Shown: positions 29,779 to 40,638 of the stretch, piece after piece
How positions within the stretch are numbered: the first letter of the stretch is position 1
Layout of the letters: each line of letters starts with the position of its first letter
Origin: Candidatus Kapaibacteriota bacterium
Lineage (GTDB): Bacteria > Bacteroidota > Ignavibacteria > Kapaibacteriales > UBA961
Assembly (NCBI GenBank): GCA_049426725.1
Contig: JBMSYN010000001.1
Coordinates: 32,003-96,002 of the forward strand
Direction of reading: 5' to 3'
DNA length: 64,000 nucleotides
Position numbers and translations under genes: made by a program
Notes under the pieces: generated by a model
The model's input: only the letters and a program-made list of their open reading frames with translations
Database searches by the model: none
What the model was told of the DNA's origin: nothing

Positions 29779-30705
29779 TTATCGGAGTTTAAATGATATT
29801 GGTACCGATAGCCAGCAAGCTACGGGTTTCCCATTTTGCAATGCTGGTAAGAACTGTGTTTTCATAACCGCATCACCGGCGGATTTATTAAATATTTCAG
29901 AATCCGTTTTTTCAACGATATATCGTTTAACGGAACCATTCCTTCTCACGAGCACCCTAAGTACCACCTTCCCTTCCAAACCAGCTTTTTTTGCCAATTC
30001 AGGATATTCAAGTTTACTCATGATTTGCGAATTGTCAACATACGGGGGTTTATTGACAGAAATAGTTTCATCCGGACTTGGATCTGGATCTTTATTGTCT
30101 TTAACAAGTTTAACATGCTGTTTTCTTATGTCAAGCATTCCAGGATCAACCTTTAAAGCATCTTCAAACTGTGTTAAAGCCATTGCCTGATCACCTTTCT
30201 TAAGAGCTATATTAGCTAATCCTACGGATGCTTGCCAAACTCTTGGATTGATTTTCTTGGCTTCTCCAAAAGATTTTTCTGCTTCTGGAAGCTTTCCTGA
30301 GGCAAATGCCACATCAGCAAAAGCTAAATGATTCCAAGGGTCTTTCCCATACTCTTTAATTAGTGCCGATAAAATGGACATTGCATTTTTCATATCTTTT
30401 TTTGCGGCATACCATTGTCCAATCTTCCTGGGAATCCCATAGTTATTTGGCTGAAGCTTTTCTAATGTCTTATATATCAATATTGCAGAATCAGTCATAC
30501 CATTAGCGGCATAAATATCACCGGCAAGTAATAAAACATCAGGATTTTTCGGAGTATCCTTTAAATCTTGCTGAATGGCTGAATATGCTTTTTGATACTC
30601 TTTGGATGTAAATGCTTTCTTTGCCTGGTCCAAATTGGGAGTGGCATACAGCATTTGATACAATGCGAAGTACAGAAATGAAATCAATGCTAATGTTAAA
30701 TTCAT
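29779..30705 (-). CDS. TPR-repeat protein fused to a TonB C-terminal domain
   Basis: An N-terminal hydrophobic segment and about six TPR repeats are followed by a C-terminal ~80 aa (GKVVLRVLVRRNGSVKRYIVEKTDSEIFNKSAGDAVMKTQFLPALQNGKPVACWLSVPISFKL). That tail aligns with the TonB_C of the neighbouring tonB (GRVSVKVLIGKDGRPK...NPAAIKAIMGQVFPPATQNGQPVEVWVVIPIVFRL). Confidence 0.65.
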   Translation of the reverse strand: MNLTLALISFLYFALYQMLYATPNLDQAKKAFTSKEYQKAYSAIQQDLKDTPKNPDVLLLAGDIYAANGMTDSAILIYKTLEKLQPNNYGIPRKIGQWYAAKKDMKNAMSILSALIKEYGKDPWNHLAFADVAFASGKLPEAEKSFGEAKKINPRVWQASVGLANIALKKGDQAMALTQFEDALKVDPGMLDIRKQHVKLVKDNKDPDPSPDETISVNKPPYVDNSQIMSKLEYPELAKKAGLEGKVVLRVLVRRNGSVKRYIVEKTDSEIFNKSAGDAVMKTQFLPALQNGKPVACWLSVPISFKLR

Positions 30706-30710
30706 GAGAT

Positions 30711-31625
30711 CTAATCCTCTCTTATGAGATTGTATCTAGCATGAGAAGGAACAATGCCTTCTTTTAGGAGTATTTTTTGCACGGTCGGATCCTTTTCCAT
30801 GAACGTGGCAAAACCCCAAGCCAGACTTTTTTGGTCACTTTTCATAAATGCAAATATAGGCACTATAAATGGATACATGTTTTGAACAATAAATCCCGGA
30901 TGGACTATTTGAGGTGGAATGCGCTTATTTGATGAATCAATATATCCTATCCGTATGGGTTTTAATGCTGAATCTTTGAGTATGTGAGACATCATACCAA
31001 TACCAATAACATCATTTTTCAAAACATAACTTCTTAGAGAATCTCTATTTTCAATCACCTTTTTTGAAATAGGCAATGGAGTATCTTTTTTTGAAAAATA
31101 ATGAAGCAATGAGGCATATTCCGATGATTGCATTGATGGAACAACAAGGCTTTCTTCCAATTTGACAAATTTTTGGACAGAATTTATTGAAGAGCCATGT
31201 AAATATTCATCAAGTTGCTGCTTATTTAATGTGTCAAGAGAAATTCTATTATTGACATAAAAGACGAGTCCATCTTTTGCAATCTCTATTTTTTTGAATG
31301 GCATATTGAGTGATTTTACAATTGAGTCCTCATCATGGAGATAATCTCGAGAAAGGATTACGCAATTTGTTGAATCGGAAAAGAGTAATGACATCCCTCT
31401 TCTTGCACTTACCGGTAACAAAGTGATTTTTGCATGTTCAAAAACAGAATCATAGATAGGTTTTGCAGCTTTGAAATATGGATACAAAATATCTTCAACA
31501 AAAATGGTATCGAATCCGGATACGGGTGATTCCAGTGTTTCTTGTTGACTCTGTTCCTGCACACAAGAGCAGAGAAAGATAATCAATGGTAAAAAAAATG
31601 ATAATACTTTACCTTCTTTCTTCAT
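30711..31625 (-). CDS. PstS-family periplasmic substrate-binding protein-like lipoprotein, part of the exb-tonB operon
   Basis: There is a signal peptide with a lipobox (FLCSC). The PBP-like fold is assigned by analogy to the Bacteroidota exbB-exbD-exbD-tonB-pstS-like-TPR arrangement. Confidence 0.5.
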   Translation of the reverse strand: MKKEGKVLSFFLPLIIFLCSCVQEQSQQETLESPVSGFDTIFVEDILYPYFKAAKPIYDSVFEHAKITLLPVSARRGMSLLFSDSTNCVILSRDYLHDEDSIVKSLNMPFKKIEIAKDGLVFYVNNRISLDTLNKQQLDEYLHGSSINSVQKFVKLEESLVVPSMQSSEYASLLHYFSKKDTPLPISKKVIENRDSLRSYVLKNDVIGIGMMSHILKDSALKPIRIGYIDSSNKRIPPQIVHPGFIVQNMYPFIVPIFAFMKSDQKSLAWGFATFMEKDPTVQKILLKEGIVPSHARYNLIRED

Positions 31626-31860
31626 CTACTATTTCCTCTTTTGAAACTCTTTGTTGCTTGATTTGGTAGAAAAACCAACCCAAACGCAAAATACCAAAAG
31701 CAAACATACATCTTCCTATCCACTGAACTGATTGGTATTGAGTTTGAGAAATGTTCATTACATTACATTCAATCAATAAACCACCAATGATGATTGAAGC
31801 CCGGATTGCTATATTGAGTATGTAAATTGTCTTGGTCATAAAAAAAGCGCTGAATGTCAT
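31609..31860 (-). CDS. Hypothetical small 2-TM membrane protein (~83 aa)
   Basis: This is the only long ORF filling the 276-bp gap between tonB and the PstS-like gene. It has two hydrophobic helices and overlaps the next start by 16 bp. No homology was recognised. Confidence 0.3.
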   Translation of the reverse strand: MTFSAFFMTKTIYILNIAIRASIIIGGLLIECNVMNISQTQYQSVQWIGRCMFAFGILRLGWFFYQIKQQRVSKEEIVDEERR

Positions 31861-31901
31861 AGGTAAAATAACACTCAGCGCTTGTATAATTATCAGAATT
31901 T

Positions 31902-32675
31902 TTAACGGAGTCTGAACACGATTGGAATGACAACCCAAACTTCAACGGGTTGACCATTCTGTGTCGCAGGCGGGAATACTTGTCCCATAATAGCTTTGAT
32001 GGCAGCTGGATTTAACAATTCGGAAGCTGTTTCTTCTACGATTGTTCTACCGGGTTTAGGGCGACCATCCTTACCAATCAAAACCTTTACGCTTACTCTT
32101 CCCTCAACACCCGCTCTTCGAGCCATTTCAGGATAGACTACGCGCTTCTGCAAGTCGCCCAGGACTCTAGAGACAACTTCATTGTAGTCTTGATCTGTAA
32201 CTATAAATTCATCCGGACTAGGTTCCTCTTCCTTTTGAACATTCAATCCGGCATCAGTTGGTAAATCATCAATATTAAGAGCTTCAGCTTCACCAATTTG
32301 AGAAGATGAAGTAGAGATTTCATCAACAGATGCAAAGACTTGATCAGGAGCAACGAGCGCATCCGGTACCGGAACAGGATTACCTGCCTGAGCAAGAGTT
32401 CCTTGAATAACAACATCCGGTGGTGGAGGTGGGGGTGGTGCTTCATTGTTCATAGGTGCGTCTATCATGTCTAGACGAGCTATGCTTCTATATGGTGATT
32501 TATACACCTTTTTTTCGCGAGATGCGAAAATAAATACGCCGATTACCAACACCAATATAAAACCAAATACATAGTAGAAACCACGCAATGTAAATAGTTT
32601 GATCAATTTTTGAACTTCGAAGGCACCATACGGCTTCGAAGTTATAACTAAAGATTCAGGTGAAGCTAGTATCAT
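31902..32675 (-). CDS. tonB: Energy transducer TonB
   Basis: An N-terminal TM anchor, a Pro-rich spacer (APPPPPPPD) and a C-terminal TonB_C domain are present. Confidence 0.85.
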   Translation of the reverse strand: MILASPESLVITSKPYGAFEVQKLIKLFTLRGFYYVFGFILVLVIGVFIFASREKKVYKSPYRSIARLDMIDAPMNNEAPPPPPPPDVVIQGTLAQAGNPVPVPDALVAPDQVFASVDEISTSSSQIGEAEALNIDDLPTDAGLNVQKEEEPSPDEFIVTDQDYNEVVSRVLGDLQKRVVYPEMARRAGVEGRVSVKVLIGKDGRPKPGRTIVEETASELLNPAAIKAIMGQVFPPATQNGQPVEVWVVIPIVFRLR

Positions 32676-33217
32676 AAGCCTTTAATCTCCTCTTTGTCTT
32701 TGTCTGTCATTGGGGAGATTGTGAACTTTCTTTCTCTGTTCAATTTTTCTGCTTGTAATGCTTGCGTGATTTTTATCTCTGCCATATTTAACTCGTCCAG
32801 GATATTGACGACAGTTTCATAAGAAACATTCTCATCAATCTTCAGAACAGTAATCAATTCATTTTTCATGTCAAGGTTTGACTTGATGGCTTTTGAACGA
32901 AGATCTTTCAACACAATCGGCTGAGGAATGTCTTTTGCCTGATTGTAAAAAATCTTTCCATCTTCTCGTACACGCACCGTAAACAACTTCGACTCAGCAA
33001 CTTCGACATCTTCCGTTTCGGGAGGAACTGCCATGTCCATTACTTGAGGGGTGGTTAGTGTAGTTACAAACATGAAGAAAGTCAAGAGCAAAAATGTAAT
33101 ATCCACTAGTGGGGTCATGTCGATACGGAAACCCAAGCGTTTCTTTGCTTTTCTCTTACTATGTTTACCGCGTTTCGGCCTTCCGCCTCCACCGCCGAGA
33201 TCTCCTCCACCGGCCAT
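32672..33217 (-). CDS. exbD: Biopolymer transport protein ExbD/TolR (copy 2, with a Gly/Lys-rich N-terminal extension)
   Basis: Shares the segment IDMTPLVDITFLLLTFFMF identically with copy 1. There is an ATGA overlap with tonB. Confidence 0.85.
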   Translation of the reverse strand: MAGGGDLGGGGGRPKRGKHSKRKAKKRLGFRIDMTPLVDITFLLLTFFMFVTTLTTPQVMDMAVPPETEDVEVAESKLFTVRVREDGKIFYNQAKDIPQPIVLKDLRSKAIKSNLDMKNELITVLKIDENVSYETVVNILDELNMAEIKITQALQAEKLNRERKFTISPMTDKDKEEIKGL

Positions 33218-33225
33218 GGTATCTC

Positions 33226-33795
33226 CTATTGCTGTTTATCAGTTACGAAATTAAATTGTGTTTGACGGGTTCTACGCATGGCTTCCATTGCATCTGCTAT
33301 CCATTTGAAACGGATGCGTTTGTCGGAATCAATAGCAAAACGCACTTGTGCTTTTTCAGCTGCTGTCTTCTTTGTGATATTGAATGCTTTTGATTGCGTT
33401 CTAGTAACACTTATCAATGCCTCCAATTCCTCAATCTTTACAGTTTTAATCATTGCTTTTGATGCTTCTTTTCTGTCAGGTGTAAACCATTCTGCCAAAG
33501 AAGGATCTTCTTTGATTGTGTTCCACAATTCGGGATTGGCTACCGAAAAATAATAAGCAGTATCGGTCTGACGTGTTGAATCAATAGCAATTCGAATGAC
33601 TGCAACATCCTTTTCCGGAAGTTTTGCAGTATCGGCTTGTGTTTTGGGCCTTTTGATTTGAAACTTCTGTTCATTATCAGCTTCAGACTTAAACTTTGCA
33701 GTGAACATGAAGAATGTCAGCAGAAGGAATGTGATATCAACGAGCGGTGTCATATCGATGACAAAACCGGTTCGTTTCATTTTCACTTTTGGCAT
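33226..33795 (-). CDS. exbD: Biopolymer transport protein ExbD/TolR (copy 1)
   Basis: Has the same TM segment as copy 2 and a periplasmic domain. Confidence 0.85.
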   Translation of the reverse strand: MPKVKMKRTGFVIDMTPLVDITFLLLTFFMFTAKFKSEADNEQKFQIKRPKTQADTAKLPEKDVAVIRIAIDSTRQTDTAYYFSVANPELWNTIKEDPSLAEWFTPDRKEASKAMIKTVKIEELEALISVTRTQSKAFNITKKTAAEKAQVRFAIDSDKRIRFKWIADAMEAMRRTRQTQFNFVTDKQQ

Positions 33796-33841
33796 TTCTC
33801 AATCTCCTTTTGGCAACATGAATAATGGATTTTTTCCATCA

Positions 33842-34693
33842 TCATTTTTTTGTTTTTAATGTCAATGTTTCCATGACAGTCAAAATTGCTTCATCGATCA
33901 TATATACAAAGTTGTCAACCTTTGTAGTGAAAAAGTTAAATGCAAGAATTGAGATGATTGCAGCAGCAAGACCAAAAGCTGTATTATACAAAGCTTCAGA
34001 AATACCAATAGAGAGAGCTTGAGCTGATACTGCCCCACCACTTGCACCAAGTGCTGCAAATGAGCGAATCATACCAATTGTTGTACCCAACAAACCAACC
34101 ATTGTTGCCAAAGAAGCAACAGTTGAAAGAACAACAAGATTCTTTTCGAGAAGTGGTGTCTCAAGATTCATTGCTTCATCAATTGCTCTTTGTACTTCAG
34201 CAATTTTCTTTTCCGGGTCAAAATTTGCATCATGTTCTACTTGTGAATATCTCTCCAGACCGGAACGAACGATATTGGACAATGAACCTTTTTGTGCTGC
34301 GCATGAATCAATGGCAGCTTGAACATTATTAGAATTGATTTGTGATTGCACATTTTTCATAAAGGCATGCAAATCGCCGGTACCACGGGCTTTGCTGATT
34401 ACAAGATATCGCTCTACAACATACGTGATAGCAATAAACAACATGCCAAGCAATGCCGCAACAAGGGGTCCGCCTGTGTGAATTGTTCCTAGCGTATTCA
34501 ATGGATCATGACGGAGAAATCCATCTTTGAAATTACCTGGGGCACCCATGAACAAACCCCAAATGAGATCGGCAATTCCAAGCCAAAGGAAAACGATAAA
34601 TGAATTAAATGAACGGAAAAGTGCATAGCCAAGGCCTGCGAATGCAAACAATACGGCCGCAACTCCAATCACGACGTATGAGAACTGATCCAT
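33842..34693 (-). CDS. exbB: MotA/TolQ/ExbB proton channel protein
   Basis: Three TM helices and the conserved C-terminal ExbB segment (GTTIGMIRSFAALG...ALSIGISEALYNTAFGL) are present. Confidence 0.85.
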   Translation of the reverse strand: MDQFSYVVIGVAAVLFAFAGLGYALFRSFNSFIVFLWLGIADLIWGLFMGAPGNFKDGFLRHDPLNTLGTIHTGGPLVAALLGMLFIAITYVVERYLVISKARGTGDLHAFMKNVQSQINSNNVQAAIDSCAAQKGSLSNIVRSGLERYSQVEHDANFDPEKKIAEVQRAIDEAMNLETPLLEKNLVVLSTVASLATMVGLLGTTIGMIRSFAALGASGGAVSAQALSIGISEALYNTAFGLAAAIISILAFNFFTTKVDNFVYMIDEAILTVMETLTLKTKK

Positions 34694-34870
34694 ACTACTT
34701 CCAAAAAAGAAATGAACAATAATGTTTAATAGTCAAATGTTATGTTTTTGGCGCAAAAGAAAGTTGCGCAATTATCATACTCCAAATCTACTAATTTTTT
34801 TGGGATGGAAACTTGTTTTTCTCTCCACATACACGCAAATATCGCCATGTTACGATTTAGTAAAGTGATT

Positions 34871-35734
34871 TTATATAATTCCCCACAATACACGCTCAAT
34901 ACCTGAAAGATCATGTACTTTATTGATTGTCTTACATAGTGGACGAAACAAGTTATCCACATCACTCATTTGACCATGCCCAACTTCAAGGAATATGGCT
35001 TGTGCTGCATTCCCAGGAGTAGCCAAAATCGAAGCTATTTTTTGATAAAAAAGCAGACCATTTGCATGATCTGTCAATGCAATCTTGGGTTCAAAATATA
35101 ATTCCGGTTCCAACTGATTGAAGTCTTGTTCTCCAATATATGGTGGATTTGAAATAATAATTCCATCGAATGAACCAGTATAAGAAAGTATGTCAAGTTT
35201 TTGAAAATCAATCTGTACAGAATATTTGTTAGCATTTCTTTTTGCCATGTTCAATGCTTCTTCTGAAATATCAATGGCAGTAATAGATACATCACTTCTA
35301 TGTTTGAGATGATGAGCCAGTGTTATTGCAATGCAGCCTGAACCTGTTCCGATATCAATAATATTCAACGGTTTAGATATTGTTGAACAATACTGCAGCA
35401 CTGTATCTATGAGCGTTTCCGTTTCGGGTCTTGGAATTAATACATCAGGTGAAAGGTCAAAGTCCAATCCATAAAATCCCGTTTTACCAAGTATATACTG
35501 CAATGGTTCTCTTTTCGCTCTGCGGGTACATGTTTCACGAAGAAAACTCAATTCGGCCTGAGTGAGTGGTCTATCATGCATGAGATACAATTGCAATCTC
35601 GTGCAATGCAAAACTTCTGAGAGTAACAATTCAATAGTCAATCTTGGACTATCCACCCCTTTTCCCCCAAAGTATTCTGTCCCCCATCGAATGATGTCTA
35701 CAACTGTCCATATCTTATTTTCATGTGTTGACAT
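34871..35734 (-). CDS. prmC: Release factor glutamine N5-methyltransferase PrmC (HemK)
   Basis: Motifs IISNPPYIGEQD and DIGTGSGCIAI are present. There is a TAATG stop/start overlap with carB. Confidence 0.85.
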   Translation of the reverse strand: MSTHENKIWTVVDIIRWGTEYFGGKGVDSPRLTIELLLSEVLHCTRLQLYLMHDRPLTQAELSFLRETCTRRAKREPLQYILGKTGFYGLDFDLSPDVLIPRPETETLIDTVLQYCSTISKPLNIIDIGTGSGCIAITLAHHLKHRSDVSITAIDISEEALNMAKRNANKYSVQIDFQKLDILSYTGSFDGIIISNPPYIGEQDFNQLEPELYFEPKIALTDHANGLLFYQKIASILATPGNAAQAIFLEVGHGQMSDVDNLFRPLCKTINKVHDLSGIERVLWGII

Positions 35735-38700
35735 TATATGCCGCTATGTTTGGAACGTCCAAAATAATCTTGTAATGACCGAACTTCGGGGTGCTCATGT
35801 CTGGATGCTTGCACTCCGGAAAGTGAAGCAAATGCGGCTGCCAAGGTTGTGAAAAATGGCACAGAATGTTTCAAAGCGGTCTGCCCCATGATATGTTCAT
35901 CAAATCTTGCATATTCACCAATCGGTGTATTTATCACCAATTGCACATCACCGGCTACAATATGATCGATGATGCTTGGTCTTCCTTCATAATGTTTACG
36001 AACCCTCATGGTTTCAATGCCATGCTCTGCCAAGAAGTCGGCAGTGCCATTTGTTGCCATTATCGTAAATCCAAGGTCCTTGAAGCCTGACATGATATCG
36101 GCGGCTCTGATGGTTTTTTCTAGATCACTGAGAGAAACAAACACCGTTCCTTCTGTTGGCAATTTATTCCCTGAAGAAATTCTTGATTTGATGATTGCTT
36201 TACCAAAGGTGACATCAATTCCCATTACTTCTCCTGTGGAACGCATTTCAGGTCCAAGGAAGACATTGGCTCTTGGGAATTTTATAAATGGAAAGACTGA
36301 TTCTTTGATGGCAACTCTTTTGGCAGACAAAGAAAAATCTCGTACATCTATGTCTGCAAGTTTTTCTCCCAACATGAGTCTCATTGCAATTTGAGATAAA
36401 TTTACATTCGTTGACTTTGCAACAAACGGAATTGTTCTCGATGCACGAGGATTTACTTCGAGTACATAAATCTCACCATTTTGAACTGCATATTGAATAT
36501 TAACAAGACCAATGACATTGAGTGCTTTTGCCAACTTTCTTGTATATGAGGTCATGATGTCAAATTGTTCATTTGATATCGTATAAGGCGGTAAAACGCA
36601 GCTGGAATCACCTGAATGCACACCGGCTTCTTCAATATGCTGCATCATTCCGCCAATTACAACCTGATCACCATCACACACAGCATCGACATCGAACTCA
36701 TAGGCTTGCTCGAGAAACCTATCAATAAGAATTGGAGTATCAGGAAACTGTTTGCATGCATCTTCAACATGAGATTTTAATGACTCTTCCCTATAGCAGA
36801 TGTGCATGGCTCTGCCACCCAATACATAACTTGGTCTTACAAGTACTGGATAACCAATTCTGTCGGCAATGAGCAATGCTTCATCTACGGAAAATGCTGT
36901 ACCCCAGTCCGGACAAGGAATTTTCAATTCGTCCAATAATACACCGAATCGTTTGCGATCCTCTGCCAAATCGATTCCATCATGTGAAGTCCCAATGATA
37001 GGTACATTGTTCTCAACCAATTTTTTTGAAAGTTTCAGTGGGGTTTGGCCACCGAAAGTGACGACCACTCCATTAGGCTGTTCAAATTCAATGACATTCA
37101 TGACATCTTCGAATGTCAAAGGTTCAAAATATAGTTTGGTTGTTGTATCATAGTCAGTTGAAACCGTTTCAGGATTACAATTGATCATAATAGTTTCATA
37201 TCCTGATTGCCTTGCAGCAAATACTCCTTGTACACAGCAATAATCGAATTCAATACCCTGTCCTATTCTGTTGGGTCCACTTCCAAGGATAACGATCTTT
37301 TTTTCATCTGAACGAATAGCTTCATTCTCTGCATCATAAGTAGAGTAATGATACGGAGTATCCGATTCAAATTCGGCTGCACATGTGTCCACTGTCTTAT
37401 AAACCGGAATAATTCCATCTGTCTTTCTTCTCTTTCTGACAGATTCTTCCGTAGAATGAAAGAGAAAACCCAACTGTACATCACTGAAACCAATCGTCTT
37501 CAGATATCTTAACATATCAGATGGAATGGATTCAATGGAATATTGCTTGGTTTTCACATACTCTGCTGCATCAACAATTTCTCGACATTGCTCAATAAAC
37601 CATGGATCATATTTTGAAATACCATGGATCTCTGCGGTTGACATGCCAAATCGTAATGCATCGCATAGCGTGAATATTGATGTTGAGGTATGTCTGCTAA
37701 GCTTTTCTCTAATGTCATCAACTCGAGCTTCATCGTATTGTTGATCTATATATTCGACAGAATCATAACCGAAGCCGAAGCGACCTTTCTCAATGGATCT
37801 TAATGCTTTTTGGAATGATTCCTTGAAAGTTCTTCCAATTGCCATTGCTTCACCGACGGATTTCATTTGAACTCCGAGAATATCTTCGACATTCTCGAAT
37901 TTCTCAAAATCCCATCTAGGGACTTTTGTCACCACATAATCGATGGAAGGTTCAAAACATGCGGGAGTTTTCTTTGTGATATCATTCAAGATTTCATCAA
38001 GTGTATATCCTATAGCCAATTTTGCTGCAATTTTTGCTATCGGGAAACCTGTGGCCTTGGAAGCCAAAGCCGAACTTCTTGATACGCGTGGATTCATTTC
38101 AATGACAATCATTCTGCCATCTTTAGGATTGACAGCGAATTGTACATTGGAACCTCCTGTTTCAACACCAATCTCACGCATGATTTTGATTGAAGCATCG
38201 CGCATTCTTTGATATTCTCGATCGGTCAATGTTTGTGCCGGTGCCACAGTTATCGAATCACCTGTATGCACTCCCATCGGATGAACATTTTCAATGGAAC
38301 AAATGATAACGCAATTATCTGCAGTATCACGCATCACTTCAAGTTCAAATTCTTTCCAACCAAGTATGGATTCTTCTATCAAGACCCTATGAACCGGACT
38401 GGCAATTAATCCTGATGTAACGATTTCTTTAAACTCATCGATTGATTTGGCAATTCCGCCACCAGAACCTCCAAGGGTGAAGGATGGTCTGATAATTGCC
38501 GGAAATCCAACCATATCAACAAGTTGCAATGCCTCTTCATAGGAATTAACAAATCCACCTCTTGGCATTTCCAATCCGCAACGTTTCATGGCTTCGAGAA
38601 ATAACTCACGATCTTCTGCTTTTTTTATGGCTTCAACATTTGAGCCTATGAGGCGAACATTATATTTCTCAAGTATGCCTTTTTCATGCAATTGCATTGC

Positions 38701-38994
38701 TGCATTGAGTGCCGTTTGGCCACCCATCGTCGGCAATATTGCATCAGGCCTTTCTTTTTCGATTATTTTTTCGATGTATTCAGGTGTAATTGGCTCAATA
38801 TAGGTGGCATCTGCAAAAACGGGATCTGTCATGATGGTGGCAGGATTCGAATTCACCAATGATACCCTAAACCCCTCTTCTTTCAACACTTTACAAGCTT
38901 GCGTGCCACTATAATCAAATTCACATGCCTGGCCAATGACTATTGGGCCGCTCCCTATTACCAAAACTGATTGTATATCGTTTCTGCGTGGCAT
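35734..38994 (-). CDS. carB: Carbamoyl-phosphate synthase large subunit
   Basis: It is 1086 aa, with duplicated ATP-grasp halves, an oligomerisation domain and a C-terminal MGS-like domain. No carA is adjacent. Confidence 0.9.
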   Translation of the reverse strand: MPRRNDIQSVLVIGSGPIVIGQACEFDYSGTQACKVLKEEGFRVSLVNSNPATIMTDPVFADATYIEPITPEYIEKIIEKERPDAILPTMGGQTALNAAMQLHEKGILEKYNVRLIGSNVEAIKKAEDRELFLEAMKRCGLEMPRGGFVNSYEEALQLVDMVGFPAIIRPSFTLGGSGGGIAKSIDEFKEIVTSGLIASPVHRVLIEESILGWKEFELEVMRDTADNCVIICSIENVHPMGVHTGDSITVAPAQTLTDREYQRMRDASIKIMREIGVETGGSNVQFAVNPKDGRMIVIEMNPRVSRSSALASKATGFPIAKIAAKLAIGYTLDEILNDITKKTPACFEPSIDYVVTKVPRWDFEKFENVEDILGVQMKSVGEAMAIGRTFKESFQKALRSIEKGRFGFGYDSVEYIDQQYDEARVDDIREKLSRHTSTSIFTLCDALRFGMSTAEIHGISKYDPWFIEQCREIVDAAEYVKTKQYSIESIPSDMLRYLKTIGFSDVQLGFLFHSTEESVRKRRKTDGIIPVYKTVDTCAAEFESDTPYHYSTYDAENEAIRSDEKKIVILGSGPNRIGQGIEFDYCCVQGVFAARQSGYETIMINCNPETVSTDYDTTTKLYFEPLTFEDVMNVIEFEQPNGVVVTFGGQTPLKLSKKLVENNVPIIGTSHDGIDLAEDRKRFGVLLDELKIPCPDWGTAFSVDEALLIADRIGYPVLVRPSYVLGGRAMHICYREESLKSHVEDACKQFPDTPILIDRFLEQAYEFDVDAVCDGDQVVIGGMMQHIEEAGVHSGDSSCVLPPYTISNEQFDIMTSYTRKLAKALNVIGLVNIQYAVQNGEIYVLEVNPRASRTIPFVAKSTNVNLSQIAMRLMLGEKLADIDVRDFSLSAKRVAIKESVFPFIKFPRANVFLGPEMRSTGEVMGIDVTFGKAIIKSRISSGNKLPTEGTVFVSLSDLEKTIRAADIMSGFKDLGFTIMATNGTADFLAEHGIETMRVRKHYEGRPSIIDHIVAGDVQLVINTPIGEYARFDEHIMGQTALKHSVPFFTTLAAAFASLSGVQASRHEHPEVRSLQDYFGRSKHSGI

Positions 38995-39093
38995 GAATGA
39001 TTTTTAGAGATTTTGTGGGAAGAATTCCAAGCGGATACAAATATTGAAATTTGAGCAACCATATCCAATATTGGTGGATAATTCAATCATGCT

Positions 39094-40092
39094 TTAGTCT
39101 TCTGTCAAGGGTTTTCCGGTTGCGAACAGCGTATCAACAAAAGTTTCAGGATTAAAAAACTGTAGATCTTGTATTCCTTCTCCAACTCCAATGAATCTAA
39201 CCGGTAATTGCAATTCATGGGCTATTGGTATGATGATCCCCCCTTTTGCTGTACCATCGAGTTTTGTCAGGACAATTCCGGTAATTTCAGAAACTTTGGC
39301 AAATTCCTTGGCTTGTTGCAAACCGTTTTGTCCGGTAGTGGCATCAATCACCAATAGTACTTCATGTGGTGCATCGGGTATTTTTTTCTTCATCACTCTT
39401 GATATCTTCTCAAGCTCTTGCATCAGTCCAAGTTTATTGTGCAATCGACCAGCGGTATCTATGATGACAATATCAGAATCTCGAGACAATGCAGACTGCA
39501 CTGTATCAAAAGCCACTGCAGCGGGGTCAGCTCCATGTTGTTGCTGGATGATCTCTACCCCGGCTCTTTGTGCCCATACCTCTAATTGTTCATTTGCAGC
39601 CGCTCGAAATGTATCAGCAGCTCCAATCAATACTTGTTTTCCGGCTTGTTTGAAATTTGATGATAATTTTCCAATGGTGGTTGTTTTTCCAACACCATTT
39701 ACACCAACCATCATGATGACAAATGGTTTTGCAATATGCGATGAATAATATTCTGTTGATTCATCATATGCCACCGATGTTAGTATCGAGCGGATTTCAT
39801 CCTTGATCATCGCATAAATCAAAGCAGAATCATCAACAGCATCCCTTTTGATTTTGTCTTTTACATTCTGCATGATATGTAGTGTTGTTGCAACACCTAT
39901 ATCTGAAGTGATGAGGATTTCTTCTATTTCTGATAATAAGGCTTCGTCAATCTTTCGGCCGGCACCAAGCACTGTGAGCAATCTATCTACAAAGATTGTA
40001 CGTGTTTTTTGCAGACCTTCCTTCAATTTTGTTAAGCCGGTTGAATCGGCAATTGAAGAAACTGTCTTTTTAAAGGAATCAAAAAAACCCAT
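39094..40092 (-). CDS. ftsY: Signal recognition particle receptor FtsY (short form, NG domain)
   Basis: GTPase motifs GVNGVGKTT, DTAGR and TKLDGTAKGG are present. Confidence 0.9.
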   Translation of the reverse strand: MGFFDSFKKTVSSIADSTGLTKLKEGLQKTRTIFVDRLLTVLGAGRKIDEALLSEIEEILITSDIGVATTLHIMQNVKDKIKRDAVDDSALIYAMIKDEIRSILTSVAYDESTEYYSSHIAKPFVIMMVGVNGVGKTTTIGKLSSNFKQAGKQVLIGAADTFRAAANEQLEVWAQRAGVEIIQQQHGADPAAVAFDTVQSALSRDSDIVIIDTAGRLHNKLGLMQELEKISRVMKKKIPDAPHEVLLVIDATTGQNGLQQAKEFAKVSEITGIVLTKLDGTAKGGIIIPIAHELQLPVRFIGVGEGIQDLQFFNPETFVDTLFATGKPLTED

Positions 40093-40634
40093 TAGCTATT
40101 CCGAATCGAAATGAACATACGATTTCCATAATGGAAAAGAGAGAAGGCAATCAAACTTGAGGATATTACATACAGTATTTTCAAAATATCTGCATTGACT
40201 TGAAAGAATGCGGCGAATAATACCATTCCAATCCAAAATACCGTTGATTTTCCGATGAAAGTCGAAGGCAGGACGAAATTAGCTTTTCTTGCATATATCA
40301 ATCCAGCAATCACAATCAGTAAATCTCTACCTATTACTACTGCAATATACCAAAACGACAATTGACCTACCTCGACAAGGGCAATTGAGGTGACTCCAAC
40401 GAAGATTTTATCAGCTAATGGATCCAGAACTTTGCCCCATTCAGTGATTTCATTTCTAGACCGGGCAGCATAGCCATCAAGCAAATCAGACACATAAGCA
40501 AGGAGAGCCAAACTATAGACCCAGGATGTGGGATATCCATAAAATATGAATACATACATAAATGGTGCCATTACCATTCTTGATATGCTAAGAATATTCG
40601 ATAGAGTCCACATTGTTTTAAATGAAATGTTCAT
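40092..40634 (-). CDS. CDP-alcohol phosphatidyltransferase family protein (second pgsA-like paralog, 180 aa)
   Basis: Motif DLLDGYAARSRNEITEWGKVLDPLADK is present, with about five TM helices. There is a TAATG stop/start overlap with ftsY. Confidence 0.7.
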   Translation of the reverse strand: MNISFKTMWTLSNILSISRMVMAPFMYVFIFYGYPTSWVYSLALLAYVSDLLDGYAARSRNEITEWGKVLDPLADKIFVGVTSIALVEVGQLSFWYIAVVIGRDLLIVIAGLIYARKANFVLPSTFIGKSTVFWIGMVLFAAFFQVNADILKILYVISSSLIAFSLFHYGNRMFISIRNS

Positions 40635-40638
40635 AAAC

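Noticed and set aside
34726-34965. 79-aa minus-strand ORF in the exbB/prmC intergenic region
   Set aside because: It overlaps the 3' end of prmC in another frame, its translation is implausible, and the region is better explained as the exbB promoter plus the prmC 3' end.
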